Assembly (NCBI RefSeq): GCF_006345805.1
Contig: NW_021833893.1
Span: 1-64,000 of the forward strand
Direction: 5' to 3'
Length of the DNA: 64,000 nucleotides
Source of the DNA: Octopus sinensis
Taxonomy: Eukaryota
The notes below the pieces were generated by a model. It made no database searches. It worked only from the letters and a program-made list of their open reading frames with translations, and was not told the DNA's origin. Each line of letters starts with the position of its first letter. Positions within the stretch are counted from its first letter, which is position 1. The position numbers were made by a program, and so were the translations under genes. This document shows, in pieces, positions 50,401-62,809 of the stretch.

Positions 50401-53004
50401 TTTCTTCTACAACAATTGTATACTCCTATATCGAAAAACAATATTAGACAGGAAATTTTCATTTCAATTAATGTCATGACGATAGTTCCCTCAAAGGAAT
50501 TTAAATAACTCCTCCCAGATTTAAAATCGTTTCCTACAGTTTGATTCAGAGTAACAAAGGGCATAATTGCTTTTTGTAGGTCAGGAATGTAAACTACAGA
50601 AGTCTTAACCTTTTCAGGTTTTTGCTGACTACTGAGTTAATACTCAGTGAAATTCTTAAAGAATTTCTTTCGTTGAGAACATTTATATTACATTATAGAA
50701 ATTTAGAACAGATCCCGAGAAAGTAGTGATTTGATTGCAAGAATCAACTGCCCTAACTCCACGTACATTGAAACAGTGACAGACACAAAAAGAAAATACG
50801 CAATGGAATAAAGTGGTTTTAAATTACTTGACAACCATTACAACAGCCAGGCATGACTAGACCCATTATTAGAGCCTTGACCACAACTGATAGAGAATAG
50901 AATATTGTGTTTATTGTAGACTATCAAATATTAATCTGGTCACATCATAGCCTTTCTTTTGAGTATAGTCGATAAAACCAATGAATCTTTTTCTTTATAT
51001 TTGTAACTTTATTGAGATCAACATATCGTACAACCAATGAAGTTAGATATATGTGACGAATCAGGAGTAGTAAACACAATTACCTTCCCAACGGCAGTAT
51101 AGTTAAAAGATACGTTCCCTTGTTTATACTTTGAACCCACTTCCTGCCAAGGTCAGTTTTACTCTTCGGACAGGTTCGATACAATCGACTGTTCCTTTGA
51201 TCCAAATTTGATGTCTTTTGCATTTGCAAGAAAGCAATATTTAAGAAGCTTACGTTCTGATAAAAAAAAAAAACTTTTCTAACTTGATCTGTACTGAACT
51301 CATTAATGAACTCATTTGACTATCTTTAGTTCTTAATTCGTCTCTTCTGCATCACACTTCAGGCTGTCTACACCTGCCATGTTTGCATCGGAGCTGGAAA
51401 GATTTCCTTTGATTTCTCAGAACGGTTCCTGTAGTAAGCTAGTAAGCTATATAAGAAGCTACTTGTCCCTTGCTTCAACTCTGCTCTTATATCTGGACTT
51501 AGGACCAGTCGGCATCCTCATTTGATTGAGGTCAACCGATTCTTAGAGAAAGAGAAATTGACCTCCAGTAACACCGAAATCGATAAAATAATGTACATTT
51601 GTACTTTATTTTATCGACTTCGATAGGGTGACAGAGTTATACAACAGAGGGCAGAATAAATACCGCCAGTCTGACACAAATTCTGTCAATCGATCGCCTT
51701 ATTTTGACTCCAAGGTGTTAAATGATAAGCTTGCTTATATTTTCTTTTAATTTAAGAAGACTTAATTTGGTTCAAATGAAACAGTCTTAATGTTACTGTA
51801 ATGACAAATCTGCTCCACAATGTGAGATTTTTGCTTGAAAGCGTGTACTAGTTCTATAAAAAAGCGTAACATCCAGTATATTCTGTAAAAGTTACTTTTG
51901 AATACTTTCAGGCAAAGGACAATCAACGGACAATTTATAAGATGGCCGTAATTTCAATTTCGCCAGTTGAAATTATGCTTGTAATGAACACTATTCTCGT
52001 GTTCGATTAAGTCCTCGATAAGTCCACTCCATCACCACCACCACCTGCACATGCTCGTGATTTAATCTTGAAATAAATAGAAAAAAGCAGAACGCCATTT
52101 AGAACATGCGATGCGCTTGTGCATTTATTCGAAAGTAAACAGCCATGCAAGTGCTGTGCCCCATTTTAAAGTTTATGTTTCATTAATGACAGTGGACATG
52201 TGTGGCCTAACTCACCCTTTCAAAATTCTTTGAAAAATATTCATGCTTCCTATTTTACAGCTCTGTTCTCATCGGCGGTAGTCGTACACCTCTTCCTAAT
52301 ATTTCAGGATCGTAGTGAAACAATGTCAGTAGGTAAAAACTACTGCAATCATCAGTAACCAATTCCACTACGTCAACAAAAAAGAAACTACCACCACCAC
52401 CATTACCAGGAAGAACGATTCTTATAAAGTGTAACATTTACATTTTCAGTGTTGAAATTTACAAAGAGAATGTCCAGCTTCAATCCTCGCATGTGCGAAA
52501 TCATAGACAATTCATTTTTTTATTCAATAAAAGAAAAAAATTCTCCATCGGCTTCTCCTTACCATTAACACTAATTCAGAGATATATGTAATCAATATTA
52601 TGTTAACACATTACAATTAATACTTTTTAATTAGAATGTCAGCTAATTTTTGAAGTATCGCACAATCTTAATATATAAAACTGAGAATGTGGGTCTGTTT
52701 GTGACTGTGTGACTGTCTGTGAGTCTGTCTGTGTAAATCCCTACAACTCGAGAACTACCGGACCGATTTCATTCAAATTTTATACATGCCTTACTTAAGG
52801 TCCATGCAGTGTCATGGGCAAAAAAATGTCAATTTCTTGCCTAATGCAATCTCTTATCTCTTACAATATTTCAATATTACGTGTCAAAAGTGAAAAAATA
52901 ACATCTCTCTATTGTAACGTGAAATATTTTCAGTTTAATAGTTTCACTATTGATATTGAAACCATTAAAGTGAAACCATTATCTCACATATGTACATACA
53001 TACA

Positions 53005-53098
<94 letters not shown>

Positions 53099-53107
53099 AT
53101 ATATATA

Positions 53108-53662
53108 CCACCTTGATCACCTTGACCGATCAGTCCGTTCGGCGTCCATTTGACACCGCTGGTCACAGCACGCTGTCCACTCCTCTTTGGATCGCGGCTT
53201 TCTCATCCATGTGACCCCAATCGCCCTCCTGAAATCGTAACTCAACCGTCGTGGAGGCCTTCCGAGTGGTCGTTTCTGCTTGCGCGGGTACCACTCGACA
53301 ACTGCGCGGGTCCACCGACTATCGGTGAGCCGGGTGACGTGTCCAGCCCATCTAAACTTGCTGCGTGTATATTCTACGATGACATCCCTCACGCCGGACT
53401 TCTCTCTGATGACCTCGCTACTGATGTGCTCTCTCAACGAGATTCCAAGCATTGACCTCTCCATGGCTCTTTGAGCCGTCACCAATCTCTGTTCTTCTTT
53501 CTTTGTGGTAGCCCATGTTTCACTACTATATAACATTGCAGGTAGAACTGTGTTATTGATGAGGTTGGCGCGGGTAGTTCTGTCCAACCTTTTCTTGAGC
53601 ACATCCCTTATGCCATTAAATGCCTTCCATCCGGCCCTTACTCTCCATGAGATCTCCTTTTC
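53108..53662 (-). mobile_element. RTE family 2 3' fragment, (GATCAAGGT)n tail
   Basis: EISWRVRAGWKAF, TVLPAMLYSSETW, AQRAMERSMLG, RWAGHV.R..D.RWT..V.EW.PR, GRPP.R. Confidence 0.92.
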
Positions 53663-53663
53663 G

Positions 53664-53782
<119 letters not shown>

Positions 53783-54043
53783 CATATAGTATATATGTAT
53801 ATGTATTGATGAATATGTATATATGTATTTATATAGATGTATATGTTATATGTACATATATATTTATACACATATATACATGCATACATACATTTATACA
53901 CACACACACAAACACATACATACACACACACATATATATACATACATACATACATACATTCATACATACATACATACATACATACATACATACATACATA
54001 CATACATACATACTATGTATATATATATATATATATATATGTA

Positions 54044-55276
54044 TGCACCTCCACCAATATCATCTGTTGCATCTCCTGCTCTCTCTGTCATTCTCTGTAC
54101 ATCGGACAAACGGGACGCCGCTTGGCTGACCGGTTCGCGGAACACCTCCGAGACATCGGCCTCGGCAATGACACCCCGGTCTCACGCCATTTCCGCTTTA
54201 CCAGTCACACTTTGCAACACCTGTCCGTGTTCGGATTGTCCATGTACAGAGGCCATCCTGACTCCCGTTTGCGCCGTGAACAGGGATTAATCTTCTCTCT
54301 TCACTCCTTTACGCCATTTGGGCTCAACTCTCCTTCATCTAACCTCCTCCACTTGCTCCTCTCCCCCTCCCTCCTACTTCCTCCCACCCAACTCTCCTCT
54401 CTTGCCCCCACTCCTACTTCTCTTCACCCATACTCACTTTCTCTCTTCTCTCTTACTCTCTTTCTCTCTTCTCTCTTACTCTTTCATCTTCTCTCTTACT
54501 CTTTCACTCTCTCTTTCTTTCTTCTCTTTTACTCTCTTTCTCTCTTCTCTCTTACTCTCTCTCCTCACACACTCACCTTCCCCTTCCCTCTTCATCATCA
54601 ACCTTCCCTATAAGCCCACCCCACCCCTACACATTCCGATCCCCCCCATCCTATCCCCTACACTCTCTCTCACATACCCCACCTCGAGCCTACCCTTTGC
54701 CTACCCACAAACCTCACCTCTACCCCAACCCTCAGCCGAACCCACACCCCGCCCGTGCTTTTCCCACTCTCGCCTCCCCCACTTCCCAACAACATCACAC
54801 CACACCACACTACACCATACAACATTACACATCACATCACAAGACACCACCCACACACCAGCACTGACAAGTTCCCATCCCCACATTTTCACACCTACAC
54901 ATACATACACGCACACGTCCAGACCACCAGCCCTCTTTCACACGCACATACGTACTCTCTTACACACACGTGTACCTTCGTTTTCGGATCATTACTACTT
55001 TGTTATTTCCCCTACTTCTTCGCTCTCCTGTCCTGCAGGACCCTTCTGTCCTGCAGGACCCTTCTGTCCTGCAGTCGCCGTGATAGATCGGTAACCACTT
55101 CACACATTTTTTTCTCTCCTTGTTTCTCTCCTTGTTTTTTTTTCTGTGTCCCTTTCTGTAGAAGAGCGTAGGCTAAAAAATTAAAAGACTTTTTCAATTC
55201 CTGAGCGTTATACTCATACATCTGTTTGTTTTGTACGCCACTGTCTTCTTCGTCTTTTGTTTTTTTCGTGAACTCT

Positions 55277-55280
<4 letters not shown>
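54044..55280 (+). mobile_element. Penelope-like element 3' part: GIY-YIG endonuclease (54044-54328), CT-rich spacer, pLTR family D
   Basis: CTSTNIICCISCSLCHSLYIGQTGRRLADRFAEHLRDI...RHF...RLRREQGLIF...GLN. Confidence 0.88.
55152..55187 (+). ncRNA. Decayed hammerhead motif in the Penelope pLTR
   Basis: CTTT CTGTAGA A GAGC GTAG GCTA AAAAA TT AAAAG; homolog of 58561-58596 with GAAAC and one stem II base lost. Confidence 0.45.
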
Positions 55281-55316
<36 letters not shown>

Positions 55317-55417
55317 TATATATATACACACATATATATGTATGTATATATATATATATGCGTGTGTGTGTGTGTATATATATATAATATATATATATAT
55401 GTATATGTATATCATCA

Positions 55418-56210
55418 TCATCATCATCGTTTAACGTCCGCTTTCCATGCTAGCATGGGTTGGGCGGTTCAACTGGGGTCTGGGAAGCCAGCAAGTTGCA
55501 CCAGGCCCAGTCTGATCTGGCAGTGTTTCTATAGCTAGATGCCCTTCATAACGCTAACCACTCCGTGAGTGTAGTTGGTGCTTTTTACGTGCCACCGGCA
55601 CGGAGGCAGTCAGGGCGGCGCTGGCTACGGCCACGTTCGGATGGTTCTCTTACGTGCTACCGGCACTGGTATCACAGCTACAAATTCCATTAATGTTGAT
55701 CGATTACGATTTTGATTTCGATTTTGATTTTCACTTGCCTCAACAGGTCTTCACAAGTAGAGTTTTGTGTTCCAAGAAGGAAAGGTATGCATAAGTGGAC
55801 TGGCTACATCCCAGGTAGAGGCCACGGGTAATGGCCTCACTTGTCCTGCCGGGTCTTCTCACGCACAGCATACTTCCAAATGTCTCGGTCTCTAGTCATT
55901 TCCTCGGTGAGACCTAAAGTTCGAAGGTCGTGCTTCACCACCTCGTCCCAGGTTTTGCTGGGTCTACCAGGTTCCCTCAACCGCTAGGGTGTGGGACTTT
56001 TTCACACAACTATCTTTATCCATTCTCGCCACATGACCATACCAGCGCAAACGTCTCTGTTGCACACCACAACTGATGCTTCTTAGGTCCAACTTCTCTC
56101 TCAAGGTACTTACACCCTGTCGAGTATGAACACTGACATTACACATCCATCGGAGCATACTGGCTTCATTTCTTGCGAGGTTACGCATATCCTCAGCAGT
56201 CACGGCCCAT
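55418..56210 (-). mobile_element. RTE family 1, 5'-truncated at the W of ETW
   Basis: WAVTAEDMRNLARNEASMLRWMC...; (GAT)n tail. Confidence 0.92.
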
Positions 56211-56273
56211 TATATATATGTATATATATATATATATGTATGTATATATATGTATATATATATATATATGTAT

Positions 56274-56337
<64 letters not shown>

Positions 56338-56367
56338 TATATATATATATATATTATATATATATAT

Positions 56368-56992
56368 ATGGACTCTGTACAAACGTCAGGTCAGGGTCCT
56401 TGAACGTTTTCATTAGAGATGTCTCAGACACATTCTCAATGTTGGCTGGACCTCAAAAATTCCAGACACACAGATCCTGAGGACAGCTGATATCTTGAGT
56501 ATTGAGGCGATGGTACACAAGCACCGGTTGCGTTGGACTGGACACCTTATTAGAATGGAGGATAGAAGGATTCCTAAGCAGATGCTCTATGGAGAACTTG
56601 TGAATGGAAGGAGACTCCGGCAGAAACCAAGGCTGCGATTTAAGGACTGTGTCAAGTCCTCGTTAAAGGCCTTTGATATACAGGACACTGACTGGGCGAA
56701 CAATGTCTGTCATCGCCACAGATGGAGGAAGCAGGTTAAGGAGGGGACCGACACTTTTGAGAGAGCACGTATCCAGCATGAAGAACTTAAGCGAGCTGCG
56801 CGAAAGCGCATGGTTCGTATAGTGAATGGGGAAAGCTTGGTCTGCAATGTTTGCAGTCGTATATGCTTGTCAAGAGCAGGACTCATTAGCCACCAACGGA
56901 GCTGCAAATGCAAAATATAAGTTAGTCCTAGAGCGCACAATGTTCCTGAAGGTCGGCAATGGTCTTCCTCGGTCACGAGTGGACGGCCATCA
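56368..56992 (+). mobile_element. RTE family 3 (BovB-like) 3' fragment with C-terminal zinc finger
   Basis: WTLYKRQVRVLERFH, RLRWTGHLIRMED.RIPKQMLYGEL, R(F)KD, CNVCSRICLSRAGLISHQRSC. Confidence 0.9.
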
Positions 56993-56996
56993 TATA

Positions 56997-57042
<46 letters not shown>

Positions 57043-57130
57043 ACAATATCTGTTTCAACACACGACTTCACATAAAAAATCTTGCACAACAAATATTTAA
57101 ACGTATATATATATATATATAATATATATA

Positions 57131-57173
<43 letters not shown>

Positions 57174-57195
57174 TACATATAAATCTATATATATA

Positions 57196-58190
57196 AGGTC
57201 ATCCCATAAGTTCTGTCTAATTTTACCTTTTTTAAAATTGAATGAAATTTAATAGTATTTTAGAATGTCGAATGGAATTAAAAATTATTTTTATGCATTT
57301 GTGTACATTTAAACTAATTACATATTATTTTACAGAATAATGGAATTAAAATTACTTCGATTAAAGCCCTTTCTAACATGGAACTATCCAAAGAGCATTT
57401 GAATCACATAACGCTTTATGAGTACAAAAAAGGAAACTCTGCAGCCGAAGCAACTCGAAACATGCATTCAGTTTATGGGAAAGAAAGCTTGAATGAAAGT
57501 GCTTGCAGAAGATGGTATGCAAAATTCAGAAGTGGAGATTTCAGCCTTGAAGATGAAGATCGAACAGGACGTCCAGTGAGTTTGTTGATAAGCTCCTTGA
57601 CGCATTACTTGAAGAAAATCCTGCATTATCAGTTGAAGAATTGGCAATAAAGTTTAGTTCAAATCATACAACTGTTCATCGTCATCTTCAACAACTTGGA
57701 AAAGTTCCTAAACTTGGAAAATGGGTGCCTCATGAATTGTTCGAAATCAACCGTAAATCCCGAGTTGACATCTGCTCTTCTCTCCATTCTCACGAACTCA
57801 TTTCACCCTTTTTTGATAGACTTGTGACTGGTGACGAAAAATGGATCTTCTATCGAAATGTTAAACGTCGTAAACAGTGGCTTGGTAAAAAGGTAAGGCT
57901 CAACCACAACCAAGAAGGGAACTTCAAGGGAAAAGGTTCTTTTTCTATCTGGTGGGATTGCAAAGGAGTAATTCATTTTGAATTGTTACCACCTAATGCA
58001 ACAATCAATGCTCAAATCTACTGTGAGCAATTAGAGTGTTTGAACCAAGCTTTGAAGAAAAAAACACCCGCTTTAGGGAATCGAAAAGGCGTGATGTTTC
58101 ATCAGGACAATGCGCGACCCCACACTGCAAACATCACATCACAGAAGATCGATGAGCTTAGGTGGGAAAATTTTCCTCATACTCCTTATT
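57196..58190 (+). mobile_element. Mariner element, 5' TIR plus frameshifted transposase truncated at PYS
   Basis: TA|AGGTCATCCCATAAG; RRWYAKFRSGDFSLED..RTGRP, WVPHEL, VTGDEKW, FHQDNARPH, PHTPYS. Confidence 0.92.
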
Positions 58191-58191
58191 C

Positions 58192-58681
58192 TTCTACACC
58201 CCACTCGTGCTTTCCCCACTCTCGCCTCCCCCACCTCCCAACATCACACCACACCACACTACACCATACCATACAACACATCACATCACAACACACCACT
58301 ACGCACACACCAGTACTGACCAACTCCCATCTCCACATTTTCACACCTACACATACACACACGCACACGTCAAGATCACCAGCCCTCTTTCACACGCACA
58401 TAGTACTCTCTTACACACACGCGCAGCTTCATTTTGGGATCATTACTACTTTGTTATCTCCCCTACTTCTTCGCTCTCCTGTGTGACCCTTCTGTCCGGC
58501 AGTCGCCACTACATACATTTTTTTCTCTCCTTGTTTCTCTCGTTGCTTCTTTCTGTGTTCCTTTCTGTGGAAGAGCGTAAGCTCGAAACGTTAAAGACTT
58601 TTTCAATTCCTGAGCGTTATACAAATACATGTTTGTTTTCTATACAACCTGTCTTCGTCTTTTGTTTTTTTCATGAATTCT

Positions 58682-58683
<2 letters not shown>
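58192..58683 (+). mobile_element. Solo Penelope pLTR family D
   Basis: Homologous to 54740-55280. Confidence 0.85.
58561..58596 (+). ncRNA. Minimal type I hammerhead motif, A6U variant
   Basis: CTTT CTGTGGA A GAGC GTAA GCTC GAAAC GTT AAAG. Confidence 0.7.
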
Positions 58684-58756
<73 letters not shown>

Positions 58757-58843
58757 AATGCAGTATATACATATACATTTATATACATACATATATACAT
58801 ATATATAACATAGTATATATATGTGTGTGTGTGTATATATATA

Positions 58844-58886
<43 letters not shown>

Positions 58887-59225
58887 TGTGTGTGTGTGTG
58901 TGTATGTGTGTGTATAATATCATGGGTGGGACATTCAGCAACTTTGTTAGGAGCATCCGCGGTGCAGATGTATCTCGTCGGATGATTATATACACCCCTC
59001 CTCTTTCTATTATATACACCTTTATATACTCGCTTTATTACGTACGATAGACCAATGGAATATTATTAAGGTCTTGGATCTGGCCAAATTTCTTCCAACC
59101 ACTTGAAATTTTAAATTTCAGCAGAATATTTACAAAGCATGTAGTTTCAATGTAGTTTTGCATGCTGCTGACAAAAATCATATTCATTTTTTCTACAAAT
59201 TAATGGTAAAAAAGTTACAAGCAAT

Positions 59226-60433
59226 TAAAGTTATGCAATTTTATCCACAGGAAGATGTCCATAGCCAACATATCGTCGGTCCGAACTGTTGTCATGGAAG
59301 TCAACAAAAACAACGTATCCGAAGCCTGTACGTGGTATCTCGGCCTGCTAGAAGAAGAGCTGTCAAATTTTCCTTAAAATACACCATAAAGTCCAAAAAA
59401 AAAAAAAAGAGAGAGAGAGAGAGACAAAACGTTATATATATTGGATCTTTACCTTTTGACCTACAGATTTAAAAAATAATTTTAAAAGAATAACTAAACA
59501 CTTTCAAACTTCGGACACTGGTAGAATGTATCATATAAAACATCTTTTACTCTTAGCGTTTTTGAGAAAAGGTAATATTTACGGAGTTATTTATTAAAGT
59601 TCTCGTATTTCGGTAATTTCAACCAATGAATAATGTGTATTCAGCTGGATAAAATTACTGCCGTTGTTTTAAACAACAACTATCGGTGGTGTATTCTTCG
59701 TTTGCCACTGTTATTTATGACATCGTTCGTGCGTTGTACTAGTTTTAACGTTTTAGGATTAGTTTTAGGGTTAGGGTTTTAGGGTTAAGGTTATAGTTTT
59801 AAGGTTAGGATTAGGGGTAAGGTTTTAGGGTTAGGGTTAGGGTTTTAAGGTTAGGATTGTCATAAATAACAGTGACAAACGAAATATACACCGCCGGAAG
59901 TTCTTGTTGACAAACAACAGAAGTAATTTTATTCAGGTGAATACACGTCATTGATTGGTTGAAATTACCGAAATACGAGAACTTTAACGTGAAATAACTT
60001 CGTAATTATAAGTTTTTCTCAAAAACGCTAAGATGACACATTCTACCAGTGTTCGAAGTTTGAAAGTGTTTAGTTACAAAAAATTATCTTTTAAATCTGT
60101 AGGTCAAAAGGTAAAGATCCTAGCGTGCTCAGCGTTATGTTTAAGATCATGTATAATAAACATGAATTTAGGACCCTATTACCTTGTAATGGTTCTCTAA
60201 TTATGAATGAAAAGAAAAAGAAACTATATCCCAACCACGTCACATTACGTGTCATTCTTTCTGTTGTTAAAACGTTATGGTGTATTTTGAGGAAGATTAG
60301 GTTGTTACTTTTTGCAGGTCGAGAGACCACGTACAGGTATCGTCTTCGTTGTTTTTGCTGATTTCTTTCACAGTTCTGACAAACGTTACATGAGCTGTGG
60401 ACGTCTTCCAGTGGTTCAAATTGCATAACTTTA
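59226..60433. mobile_element. 1.2-kb foldback structure centred on a TTAGGG-like tract
   Basis: Inner arms 59443-59722 / 59858-60120 (32-bp perfect outer ends starting GGATCTTTACCTTTTGACCTACAG); outer arms 59226-59390 / 60270-60433. Confidence 0.85.
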
Positions 60434-60475
60434 AATAATTATTAGCGACACAAGTAGTATTAAAACCAGATGGTA

Positions 60476-60805
60476 ATATTTATCCCACTTGAAAGTGGAG
60501 GCTGTATTAGAATACAGAATACTGCGACAGTTAGTATTCATATAGGCTTTGGTGTATATAAGCCCTCTTGTTTACATCGCTAGCGAGAGATAAACTACCC
60601 GCCATCGCCATCGCAGAGACTAGTACTCTCTTAGTAGTTTCGGCGGAAAGAATGGCGGTTGATTTAACTGCCACTAGCGATGTAAGCAAGAGTGCTTACA
60701 TACACCAAAAGCCATATTACAGGTAAAAAAAGGCCATATTAGATGATAACTATCACAGTAATCTGTGTTCCAACACAACATCCACTTTTAAGTGGAGATA
60801 AATAT
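60476..60805. mobile_element. Palindromic MITE with ~110-bp TIRs
   Basis: ATATTTATC(T)CCACTT.AAAGTGGA...GGCTTTGGTGTAT.TAAGC.CTCTTG.TTACATCGCTAG on both arms. Confidence 0.8.
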
Positions 60806-61619
60806 AATTTTAAATGCGAGTGACTTCTTTATTATTAATTTCTAGAAAATTAAATGAATGTGATTTTCGTCATTAGCAAGTAAAACTAGATCAGAACTAC
60901 ATTTTCTGAAAATTATCTGGTGAAAATTTGAAAAACTTCAAGTTGTTAGAAGATCCAAAGTCTTTGACAACAATTCAGTGTGTCACATCCACCGACTGAC
61001 ACGCAGTTTCCTTTTCGAATGTAGCGTCTATACTACTACTACTACTACTACTACTACAGTTCCAAATATGATGATTCACTCAGCCTCAGTAGGACGGTCT
61101 ATTAAACCTCAACCCCTTTCCTCTTCCTCTTATTTTTCTACCTCTACTCCTCGCTGTTGCTGCCATTGCCATCTTCTTCTTCTTCTTCTCTCTCTCCCCC
61201 TCCCCCCTCTCTCTACTTCTGTCTGTCTCTGTCTCCCCACTCTCTTCTGATTATCTTAAATTTATGCCACCTTCTTGTATTTTTACATTCCTCAAAAACA
61301 TATAACTATGCCTTCTCTCTATCTCAACCTCATTTTTTCACTTTTCTTCGCTTCTCTCCCTCCCTCCCTATTACTGACATACATACACATGCATAGTCAC
61401 ACACACGCGTGTAAGTACGCGCGCGCGCCCGCGCGCTTCGTATAAGATATAAAATATGTGCATTTTGATATTCAAAATGGAAACTAAGATAAAGAGAAAA
61501 TATAGAATGAAAGCAAATACTTCAGCAAAGAGTTCAAACACAACATGCACGCATTTGTATATGTATTTTCTCTGTCACTTTTACTACACCTTATTCTCAT
61601 TTTCACACTCTTCATCAAA

Positions 61620-61643
61620 CAAACACACACACGGACACACACA

Positions 61644-61678
<35 letters not shown>

Positions 61679-61710
61679 GCACGCGCGCGCGCGCACACAC
61701 ACACACACCA
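61620..61710. repeat. (CA)n/(CG)n alternating purine-pyrimidine tract
   Basis: Direct reading. Confidence 0.8.
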
Positions 61711-62048
61711 CAACGTCACGGTGTAGTTGCTCTCCAACAATACATATATTACATGAATCATCAGTTTCAGACTGACGGGATGAAATATAAAAAAAATAAA
61801 GTAAAATAATAAAGGCGAAAAACAGAAGACGGCCGTACTAACGAAACACTAATACGATAGCAGTGACCGACCTCTTTGGAGATAATAAGCACGCCTCATG
61901 CACACAAACACACACACACACACACACGAACATATACACACATACTCATAGATTCATACATGCGCGTGCGTGTATGTGTAATATATACATACACATACAC
62001 ACAAATACACACACACATATATAATCTTTCACTGATTTTCTTGGTATT

Positions 62049-62411
62049 ATTTTCTTGGAGTTTCACTTTCTTCACATTGACATTCATTCAATTGTGAATT
62101 TTATAACATTTAGGACATGTTCCAGCAAAAAAGAACATTGTAAACAGCAATACTTACACACGCGAAGTTCAAGCGAAGAGAAATGTAGTAAATATAGATG
62201 CAAAACACTTTCTGTAGCATAGTTATAAAAAATTCTTTTAGTGAATATTTCTAAAAGAAATATTCTAGCATTGTAAAGTGACCACTTTAGCAAAAGTTAC
62301 TATGCGTCAGAATGTACAGAAAGTCAACATTTATTTGAAACATGTATTAAATGTTATAAAATTCACAAATGAATGAATGTTAATGTGAAGAAAGTGAAAC
62401 TCCAAGAAAAT
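62049..62411. repeat. 73-bp inverted repeat (62049-62121 / 62339-62411)
   Basis: 4 mismatches in 73 bp by manual alignment. Confidence 0.85.
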
Positions 62412-62809
62412 TCAGAAGGCATAATTAAATTTTTCATACAAAAATAATTTATTTTGCAATTTTTAAACGAACGCTGAATAAAATGTATACAAAGGAATAT
62501 GTTGCTGTTGTCAGCGTTAATCAATTTAAAACATTTGCTGAAAGATGTATGTAGCAAGACAAACTAATTTGGCATTACTGTATATTTTAACCGTGTAAGG
62601 TTATATAGGCAGTAGAATAAATACTAACGCAGTAAAAAGGTTGTGTGGCGTTGAATATCCAGTGATGAAACAGCATAGCAGGAATACGATAAAGACGCCA
62701 GGACTGTGAAAAACTGGGTATAAGGAATGGAATAACATTTCAAAATATCTATATTTTATTGAAAAATATCCAAATTGTAATGATAATAGAATTTCGAAAT
62801 GAAAATCTG

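Noticed and set aside
59752-59857. Interstitial telomere or chromosome-fusion scar
   Set aside because: Repeats are degenerate, single-orientation and enclosed by TE-like inverted arms
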